Below the pieces are notes generated by a model, which saw only the letters and a program-made list of their open reading frames with translations, was not told the origin of the DNA and made no database searches. A stretch of DNA of 64,000 bases from Deltaproteobacteria bacterium Ga0077539 (GTDB lineage Bacteria > Myxococcota_A > Polyangia > Polyangiales > Ga0077539): assembly GCA_001465015.1 (NCBI GenBank), contig LNEO01000143.1, forward strand, positions 62,864 to 126,863, read 5' to 3'. Of the stretch, positions 55,846 to 64,000 are shown piece after piece. How positions within the stretch are numbered: the stretch's first letter is position 1; every line of letters begins with the position of its first letter. The position numbers and the translations under genes are program-made.

Positions 55846-58800
55846 CTCTGCCAGTCGTGCATCTCGAGGTCGTCGAGCGAGAGCTTCTCGATCGCTTCGA
55901 CCACGGCTCGCGCGAGCTGCATGTTCGTGATGAGAGGAATGTTGCGGTCCACGGCGCGACGACGAATCAAGTACCCGTCGGGTCGTCCGTCACCGTCGTA
56001 CGAGCGAGGGATGTTGATCACCAGGTCGATCTTGTCCTGGTTCATCAGGTCGACGGCCGCGGGCGACTTGTTGTCGCTGTGTTTGTAGGCGATTTCGCAC
56101 TCGATCCCGTTCTCGCGAAGGACGTCGTACGTGCCCGGCGTGGCGTAGAGCAAGAGGCCCATCGAGCGCAGGATCTTGGCGTCCTCGAGGAAGCGCAGCT
56201 TCTCTGCCGCCGGACCGAGCGACAACAAAACGCCCTTCTTGGGAAACTTGAATCCCGTCGCGACCAGCGCCTTGAGCAGCGCCTCGTTGAGGTCGTTGCC
56301 GAAGCAGCCGACCTCGCCGGTCGACGCCATCTCGACGCCGAGCGTGGGGTCCGCGCCCGCGAGCCGCGAGAACGAGAACTGAGCGGCCTTCACCGCGACG
56401 TAGTCGAGGTCGAGCGCGCGGTTCTGCACGGGCCCACGAACGCCGAGCATCCTCCGCGTCGCCTCGCGAATGAAGTTGTTGCCGGTCACCTTCGACACGA
56501 AAGGAAAGGACCTCGACGCGCGAAGGTTGCACTCGATCACCTTCACCTCGTTGTGGCGCGCGAGAAACTGCATGTTGAAGGGGCCCGTGATCTTCAGCGC
56601 AGCGGCGACGTCACGGGCGATCTTCTTGATGCGACGAATCGTCTCGATATACAGCTTCTGCGGGGGCAGAACCAAGGTCGCGTCACCCGAGTGAACGCCG
56701 GCGTTCTCGATGTGCTCCGAGATCGCCCAAAGGACGATTTCGCCCTCGTCGGCGACCGCGTCGATCTCGACCTCCTTCGAGTTCAGCCACCACCGGGTGC
56801 TCGGGGCTCACGTCCGTCGCGCGAGTCAGGTAGTTGCGCAGGTGCTCGCGCTCGTGCGCCACGGTCATCGCCGCGCCCGAGAGCACATAGGATGGTCGAA
56901 CGAGCACCGGGTAGCCGCCCAACGACTCGGCGATCGCCTCGGCGTCCTCGAGCTTTCCTGTGCTGGTCCACCTGGGTTGATCGATGCCGAGCTTGTCGAG
57001 AAGGCCGCTGAATTTCTCGCGGTCCTCCGCGCCGTCGATGCTCTCGGGGCTGGTGCCGAGGATCTTCACCCCGGCGCGGTGCAACCGAATCGCGATGTTG
57101 TTGGCGACCTGACCGCCCATCGAGACGATCACGCCGTACGGGCGCTCGCGCTCCCACAGCTCGAGCACGTTCTCGAAGGTGATCTCGTCGAACACGAGCG
57201 AGTCCGAGACGTCGTAGTCCGTGCTCACCGTCTCGGGATTGTAGTTGAGCACGATCGTCTCGAAGCCGAGTTCGCGCGCGGCGAGGATCGCGCTGACGCA
57301 ACACCAATCGAACTCGACCGAGCTGCCGATACGATACGCGCCCGAGCCGAGGACGAGCACCTTCTTGCGCCAGGACGGCTGAACGTCGTCTGCTTGCGCG
57401 TGGTACGTGAGGTACAGGTAGTTGGTCTCCGCGGGATACTCCGCGGCCAACGTGTCGATCTGCGCGACGTGGGGGCGGATCCCGTTGCGGCGGCGCAGGT
57501 CGCGCACGATGTCCTCGGTCGTGCCTGTGCGCTTCGCGATGCCCTTGTCCGAGAACCCCTGCTTCTTGGCGCGCCCGAGAGTCTCCGCGCTGAGCTCTTT
57601 GCCGGCGTGGTCTTCGAGCTCGCGACCGAGCCGCACGGTGTCGGCGATTTCGCTCAAGAAAAACTCGTCGATCCGCGACAGGGCGTGGACCTCGTCGATC
57701 GTCATCCCCTCGTGCAGCGCCCGCGCGACGGCGAACATGCGCCGTTGGGACGGCTCCTTGAGCTCCTTGCGGATGTCGGTGAACTTGAATTTATGTGGGT
57801 CGATGCCGTCGACGCCGATGTCGATCATCCGAAGCGCCTTTTGCAGCGCTTCAGCGAAGGTCTTGCCGATCGACATGACCTCGCCGACCGACTTCATCTC
57901 CGAGCCGATCTTGTGCTCGACGCCCACGAATTTCTCTAGGTCCCAGCGAGGAACCTTGCAGACCACGTAGTCCAGCGCTGGCTCGAAGAACGCGCTCGTC
58001 CGCCGCGTGATGGCGTTGGGCAGGTCGGGTAGCATATACCCGAGCGCGAGCTTCGCCGCGACGTACGCGAGCGGATAACCTGTCGCCTTCGACGCGAGCG
58101 CCGAGGAGCGCGACAGCCGCGCGTTGACCTCGATGACGCGGTAGTCCAGCGAGTTGGGGTCGAGCGCGTACTGAATGTTGCACTCGCCGACGATGCCCAG
58201 GTGGCGGATCGTCTTGATCGCGATCGTGCGAAGGAGCTGGTACTCCTCGTTGTTGAGCGTCTGCGAAGGGGCCACGACGATCGACTCGCCCGTGTGAATC
58301 CCGAGCGGATCGACGTTCTCCATGTTGCAGACGGTGATGCAGTTGTCGCGGGCGTCGCGGACGACCTCGTACTCGATCTCCTTCCAGCCGCGCAGCGACT
58401 CTTCGACGAGCACCTGCGGCAGGCCCGAGGCGAACAGCTTGGGCAGGGCCGACTCAACGTCGTCGTTGGTCTCGCAGATGCGCGAGCCCTTGCCGCCCAG
58501 CGCGTACGCCGCGCGAAGGATCACCGGGAGGCCGATGCGACCCACCGCGGCGCGCACCTCGTCTTCGCTGTGGCACGCCTCGGCGCGGGCGGACTTGACG
58601 TTGATCTCGTCGAGCCGCTGGACGAAGCGCCGGCGATCCTCGGTGTCGCGGACGGCCTCGATCGGCGTTCCGAGCACGCGGACGCCGTATTTCTCGAAGA
58701 CCCCGGCGGCGTCGAGCGCGACACCACAATTCAACGCCGTCTGTCCGCCGAAGGACACGGTAATGGCGTCGATGTCCTCGCGGACGATCACCTTCTCGAC

Positions 58801-59028
58801 GAAGTACGGGTCGACGGGGTGGAAGTACACCTTGTCCGCGAGCTGGTCGCTCGTCTGGATCGTGGCGATGTTTGGGTTGATCAGGACCGTGTAGAGGCCC
58901 TCTTCTTTGAGAGCTTTGATCGCCTGCGAGCCCGAGTAGTCGAACTCGCCCGCCTCGCCGATCTTGAGCGCGCCAGACCCGAGGATCAGCACGCGTCGCG
59001 GCTTTTTCGGAAGATATTGACCGAACAT
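55812..59028 (-). CDS. carB: Carbamoyl-phosphate synthase large subunit, frameshifted at about 56787
   Basis: [48 protein letters not shown] | [25 protein letters not shown] domain; halves in different frames. Confidence 0.95.
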
Positions 59029-59043
59029 CGTGTGCTCCCTCTC

Positions 59044-60150
59044 TCAGACCCGCGTCGAGCCGACGAGGCGCAAGAAGTCATCGAACAAGAACGCCGCGTC
59101 CTCGGGACCCGGCGCAGCCTCGGGGTGAAACTGCACGCTCGCCCAGGGCCTGGTGCGGCAGCGAATGCCCTCGTTGGACCCGTCGTTGACGTTGACGAAC
59201 CACGGCTCCCACTCGGCGGGAAGCGACTCGTCGTCGACGACGTAGCCGTGGTTCTGCGAGGTCACGTAGCAGCGTCGCGTGAGCAGATCCTGGACGGGCT
59301 GGTTCTGCGAGCGATGGCCGTACTTGAGCTTCACGGTGTTGCCCCCGGCTGCGAGGCCGAGGAGCTGGTTGCCCATGCACACGCCGAAGATCGGCTTTCC
59401 CGAGGGAAACACCGCGGTCTTCAGCTGCTCGACCGTGCTCAGCATGTCCTTGGGGTCGCCCGGTCCGTTCGAGAGCAGAACGCCGTCGCACTCCTTCAGA
59501 TACGGCCGCAGGTCCTTGTGAAACGGAACCCGGATCACGCTCGCGCCCCTCGCCACGATCGACCGAACGATCGAGTCCTTCGCGCCCGTATCCACCAGCA
59601 AGATCTTGAGCGGACCGCCCTCGTAGCGAATCACGTCCGGCACCGTCGTCATCGCGCACACGCGCGCCATCTCGACGTGCTCGGTCTTCGCCCGGGCGTC
59701 GACCGGGCTCGTCTTCTGATCGACCAGAAAGCCCTCCACCGTCCCGTGCTCGCGCAACTTTCGCGTCAGCGCCCGGGTGTCTACGCACTCGATCGCCGGG
59801 ACACCCTCGCTCGCGAGCCACTGTCCGAGCGTCCGCACGTTGTCGTAGTGCGACGGGTTGGGGCTGTGCCGCAACACCACGAGCCCCTGCACTTGAACGC
59901 GTCCGCTCTCGTACTTGTCGCGCAGCTCCGCGAGGGGTTCGATCTTTCGCGGCGCCGGGACCCCATAGTTTCCCTGGAGCGGGTAGGTCAGAACCAGAAT
60001 CTGCCCTTTGTAGCTCGGGTCAGTCAGCGTCTCGACGTAGCCCGACATTCCGGTGTTGAACACCACTTCGCCCGAGACCTCGCGGGCTGCTCCAAATGAG
60101 CGTCCCTCGTACACGGTTCCGTCAGCGAGCAGCAGCTTCATCGCCTGCAT
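59044..60150 (-). CDS. carA: Carbamoyl-phosphate synthase small subunit
   Basis: GEVVFNTGM, TDPSY, SNGPGDP, GVCMGNQ, SQNHGY, QFHPE. Confidence 0.96.
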   Translation of the reverse strand: MQAMKLLLADGTVYEGRSFGAAREVSGEVVFNTGMSGYVETLTDPSYKGQILVLTYPLQGNYGVPAPRKIEPLAELRDKYESGRVQVQGLVVLRHSPNPSHYDNVRTLGQWLASEGVPAIECVDTRALTRKLREHGTVEGFLVDQKTSPVDARAKTEHVEMARVCAMTTVPDVIRYEGGPLKILLVDTGAKDSIVRSIVARGASVIRVPFHKDLRPYLKECDGVLLSNGPGDPKDMLSTVEQLKTAVFPSGKPIFGVCMGNQLLGLAAGGNTVKLKYGHRSQNQPVQDLLTRRCYVTSQNHGYVVDDESLPAEWEPWFVNVNDGSNEGIRCRTRPWASVQFHPEAAPGPEDAAFLFDDFLRLVGSTRV

Positions 60151-60283
60151 CGACGTCCTCGCGCGATCGGCGGCGGTGCGAGAGAGATTGGGAGGTCCGC
60201 CGAAAGGCGGCGCGGTCGTACACCATCGCGACGCGCCGCGCTACGAATTGGCGACGACCATCCCTATACTCGCGCCCCACACC

Positions 60284-61342
60284 ATGCACGACCGGTTTTT
60301 ACGCGCCTGTCGACGGGAGCCCGTCGACGTCACCCCCGTTTGGTTCATGCGTCAGGCAGGCCGCTATATGCCCGAGTATCGAGCGCTTCGAAGCAAGTAC
60401 TCGATGCTCGAACTCTGCCGAACGCCCGAGCTCGCCGCGGGCGTCACGCTCCAGCCCGTTCGCGCGCTGGCTGTCGACGCGGCGATCTTGTTCGCAGACA
60501 TCCTTCTGCCGCTCGAGCCGATGGGCGCGCCGTTCGACTTCGCCAAGGGCGAAGGTCCGGTGATCTTCGAGCCCGTCCGCCGTGTCGAAGACGTCGAGCG
60601 CCTCCGCGTGTTCGAGATCGAAGAAGGTCTCGGATATGTCCTGCAGACGATTCGGTTGCTTCGAACCGAGCTAGAGGGGCGCTGTCCTCTCATCGGCTTC
60701 GCCGGCGCGCCGTTCACGCTGGCCAGCTACCTGATCGAGGGCGGCAAGAGCTCGCACTTCGAGAAGACCAAGTCGTTCATGTACTCCGAGCCCGCCGCGT
60801 GGAACGCGCTGCTCGACAAGCTCGCCGAGGTCACGCGCCGCTATCTCCGCGCGCAAATCGAAGCGGGCGCCGAGTGCGTGCAGCTCTTCGACTCGTGGGT
60901 CGGCCAGCTCTCGCTCGATGACTACCAGACGTTCGTCGCGCCTCACGTCAAGAGCGTGCTCGAGGACGTTCAGCGCACGGGCGTTCCGGTGATCCACTTC
61001 GGCACCGGCACGGCGACGCTGCTCGAAGCGATGCGAGACGCCGGCGGGACGGTCATCGGCGTCGATTGGCGCCAGCCGCTCTCGACCGCGTGGAGCAAGA
61101 TCGGCCACGACCGCGCGGTTCAGGGCAACCTCGACCCATGCGCGCTCTTCGCCCCCTGGCCCATCGTCGAGGCGCGCGTCAAAGCGATCCTGGACGACGT
61201 CGCGTCGAGGCCCGGCCACATATTCAACTTGGGCCACGGAATCCTGCCGACAACGCCGGTCGACACCGTCAAGCGCGTCGCGGATTTCGTGCACGCCTAC
61301 GCCGGTCAACGCACGGACGGCTCCGCCGAAGCGACGACGTGA
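60284..61342 (+). CDS. hemE: Uroporphyrinogen decarboxylase
   Basis: PVWFMRQAGRYMPEY, FADIL, GFAGAPFTLASY, QGNLDP, FNLGHGI. Confidence 0.96.
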   Translation: MHDRFLRACRREPVDVTPVWFMRQAGRYMPEYRALRSKYSMLELCRTPELAAGVTLQPVRALAVDAAILFADILLPLEPMGAPFDFAKGEGPVIFEPVRRVEDVERLRVFEIEEGLGYVLQTIRLLRTELEGRCPLIGFAGAPFTLASYLIEGGKSSHFEKTKSFMYSEPAAWNALLDKLAEVTRRYLRAQIEAGAECVQLFDSWVGQLSLDDYQTFVAPHVKSVLEDVQRTGVPVIHFGTGTATLLEAMRDAGGTVIGVDWRQPLSTAWSKIGHDRAVQGNLDPCALFAPWPIVEARVKAILDDVASRPGHIFNLGHGILPTTPVDTVKRVADFVHAYAGQRTDGSAEATT

Positions 61343-62729
61343 GCAGTTCGGTTCGACCCTCAGCTCCGCCCGGCGCCCGTTCGATCGCCATCATCGGCGG
61401 CGGTATCGCTGGGCTCACCAGCGCCTACCGCGCGACGAAGAAGTGGCCGTCGCACAGGGTCACGCTCTTCGAGGCCTCCGAGCGCGTGGGCGGCCCGATC
61501 GAAACGAGCTTCGAGCAGGGTTTTCTCCTCGAGCGCGGGCCCGACGGCTTCGTGCGCTCCAAGGGCAGCGCGGAGGCGCTCGCCCGCGAGCTGGGCCTCG
61601 GCGACGAGCTCATCGAGACGCGGCCCGAGTATCGCAAGCTGTACCTCTTCAAGGACAACGAGCTTCGCGCGGTTCCCGACGGGCTATCGCTGGTGATTCC
61701 GTCGGACGTGGGCTCGTGGCTCCGCTCGCCGCTCGCGACGAGCCGAGGCAAGGCCTCTGGGACCTCGTTCTTCCGCGAAGGACCACGAGCGGCGAAGAGA
61801 CCATCGCGTCCTTCGTGCGAAGACGCCTCGGCGACGAGGTCTCGTCGCTCTTCGCCGAGAGCGTGCTCGCCGGCATTCACTCTGGCGACCCCGATCGACT
61901 CAGCATCGACGCGACGTTTCCGCAGCTCGTCGCGATGGAGCGCGATCAGCGCTCGCTGATCCTCGCCGCGCGCAAAGCTCGGCTCTCTCGTGGGTCGAGC
62001 GCGCCCGTGAGCGCGTTTCTCTCGCTCGCTCGAGGGATGGGATCGCTCGTCGACGCCCTCGTCGCGAAGCTCCCAGCAGGGACGCTGCGCCTGCGCGCGC
62101 CGGTTCGCGCGCTCTCGATCGTCGGCAAGCGATGGCTCGTGCACACCGAGCGCGGCGCCGAGTCGTTCGACGCCGTGCACCTCGCGCTGCCGCCTCGCGC
62201 TGCGGCGCCATTGCTCTCGCAGATCGCGCCGGACGCCGCGCGGCTGCTCGCAGCGGTTCGCCACGTGAGCTCTGCGGTCGTGCTGCTCGGGTATCACCAA
62301 CGACAGCTCGAGCGCACCCTCGATGCGTCGGGCTTCGTCGTCCCTCCCGGCGAGGACTGCGAGCTCACCGCGTCGACGTGGCTGTCGCACAAATGGCCCG
62401 GCCGCGCGCCGCAAGACCACGTCCTTCTCCGCGGATTTCTCGGAGGAACGCGCGACCCCGAAGCGCACACGCTCCCCGACGACGAGCTGATCGCCCGCGC
62501 GAAGAAGGGCTTCGCTCGCACCGTCGGGGCCCATGGTGAGCCGGTGCTCTCGCGGGTGGTTCGCTATCCCGTCGCCAGCCCGCAGATGGAGCTCGGACAC
62601 CGCGCTCGCATCGAGCGCGTCGCGCGCCTCGTGGCAGAGCTTCCCGCGGAGCTTCACCTCGCGGCCGCCGGCTTCAACGGCGTGGGAATCCCCGACACGA
62701 TCCGCCAGGCCCAGAGCGTCTGGCCGTAG
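61339..62729 (+). CDS. hemY: HemY-type protoporphyrinogen/coproporphyrinogen oxidase, frameshifted at about 61754
   Basis: IIGGGIAGL, ERGPDGF | ETIASFVRRRLG, GIHSGD, KWPGRAP, GVGIPD; GTGA-coupled to hemE. Confidence 0.9.
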
Positions 62730-62738
62730 CCATCGCCG

Positions 62739-63329
62739 TCAGGCGCTGCCGCCGCCCGAGCGCACGAACGCTCCCGGAGCGACCCCGATCGAGCGTCGAT
62801 ACGCCCTGTCCCACAGCTCGCTCAGCTCGCCGCCGAAGAGCAGCTCTTCGTCGAGGTCGCACGGGAGCCAAGCGCCTTCGCTCACCTCGCCCTCGAGTTG
62901 CAACGGGCCCCAGCCCGCGTAGCCGAGCAACAGGTGAAAGTCTCTCGGCTCGGCGCCGGCGAGCACGGCGCGAAATGCATCGACGTCACCGCTGACCGCG
63001 ACGTTGGTTCCGATCGCGATTTCACCGGGAATCTCCACGTCGATCCCGCGCCGTCGATACAGCATCCAGCCCGAGCTCGGCGTGACCGGGCCGCCCCGAC
63101 GCGCCTCGCGCTCGAACGCAGGAGACCTCGGGAGCTTCGACACGTCGCTCACCAGCTTCGATTCGACGAGGAGCTCGCCGACGACGCCGCACTCTTCGCC
63201 GTTGACCACCCAGCCGAGCGCGCCGTCGTCCGAATGTCGGCCGAGAATCACGACGCTCTTTTCGAAATTCGGATCGCCGAGCCGAGGCGCAGCGAGGAGC
63301 AGTCCGGGAGCAAGCGATCGTAGGCTCAT
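62739..63329 (-). CDS. YqgE/AlgH (DUF179) family protein
   Basis: LGDPNFEKSVV, GALGWVVN, GGPV, LGYAGWGPLQLEGE..GAW. Confidence 0.9.
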   Translation of the reverse strand: MSLRSLAPGLLLAAPRLGDPNFEKSVVILGRHSDDGALGWVVNGEECGVVGELLVESKLVSDVSKLPRSPAFEREARRGGPVTPSSGWMLYRRRGIDVEIPGEIAIGTNVAVSGDVDAFRAVLAGAEPRDFHLLLGYAGWGPLQLEGEVSEGAWLPCDLDEELLFGGELSELWDRAYRRSIGVAPGAFVRSGGGSA

Positions 63330-63462
63330 GGGGTGAAAGCGGGGCCTCCGTGCGACGAACCCGAGGATACCCCGGCTCGCCGCCGCTCGCTCGTCCACAG
63401 CGCGCGATCCGTCACGTTGGTCGGTGACGCTCGGTGTCCCGGCGTTATAGAACTCGCGCGTC

Positions 63463-64000
63463 ATGGCGAACGAGTTCGTGTTCACGATGCACGATGTGCG
63501 AAAGGCGTACCCCCCGAACCGCGAGGTTCTCAAGGGCATCACGCTCGCGTTTCTGCCAGGCGCCAAGATCGGCGTCCTCGGCAACAACGGCAGCGGCAAG
63601 AGCACGCTGCTCCGAATCATGGCCGGCGTCGACAAGGACTTCGCTGGCGAGGCAAAGCCGACCGCCGGGATCCGGGTCGGCTACCTCCCGCAGGAGCCTG
63701 CCCTCGACGAGAGCAAGGACGTCAAAGGCAACGTCGAGCTCGCGGTCGCGCACATCCGCGCGTTGCTCGTGCGCTTCGAAGAGCTCGGCAACAAGCTCGG
63801 CGAGGCGATGAGCGAGGCCGAGTCCGACAAGGTCATGGCCGAGTACTCGCGCGTTCAAGAAGAGATCGACCGCAACAACGCGTGGGAGCTCGACCGCCAG
63901 CTCGAGATCGCCATGGACGCGCTGCGGCTTCCGCCTGGAGACGCGCAGGTCAAGACGCTTTCGGGCGGCGAGCGCAGGCGCGTTGCCCTCTGCCGAATCC
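63463..64000 (+). CDS. ettA: ABC-F translational throttle EttA, 3'-truncated by the window edge (not in the ORF track)
   Basis: MANEFVFTM..FLPGAKIGVLGNNGSGKSTLLRIMAG, GYLPQEP, AMDALRLPP, LSGGERRRVALCR. Confidence 0.92.
   Translation, partial: MANEFVFTMHDVRKAYPPNREVLKGITLAFLPGAKIGVLGNNGSGKSTLLRIMAGVDKDFAGEAKPTAGIRVGYLPQEPALDESKDVKGNVELAVAHIRALLVRFEELGNKLGEAMSEAESDKVMAEYSRVQEEIDRNNAWELDRQLEIAMDALRLPPGDAQVKTLSGGERRRVALCRI

Overview
High-GC bacterial chromosomal window; RomR-valS, Ser/Thr kinases and Cys-rich lipoproteins point to a myxobacterium, probably Polyangiales-like. It holds about 50 genes, mostly housekeeping: valS, recG, greA, carAB, hemE-hemY, cobA/hemD, methylmalonyl-CoA mutase, yfgM-bamB, larE, iscS-like, ansA, ettA. 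No rRNA, tRNA, CRISPR array or transposase was recognised. Most interesting: (1) a tightly coupled sulfur-carrier operon (cysK, E1, Ubl-GG-R, mini-E1, cysM, JAMM) in which the ThiF/MoeB enzyme looks split into two complementary genes, a catalytic E1 lacking the N-terminal arginine-finger segment and a 123-aa catalytically dead mini-E1 retaining that segment plus the putative dimer helices, suggesting a heterodimeric bacterial E1; (2) a 1.2-kb gene-free island (3.6-4.8 kb) with a convincing XerCD dif site, degenerate dif-like sites, inverted repeats and 12-bp tandem repeats; (3) twin small membrane-anchored CxxC/HxxC proteins, a three-lipoprotein operon with disulfide-paired repeats, and a HARE-HTH/disordered/degenerate-Mrr protein. 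Frameshifts in carB, hemY and probably a sulfatase-like gene look like assembly errors. All calls come from reading the sequence and recalling family motifs; no searches were run.
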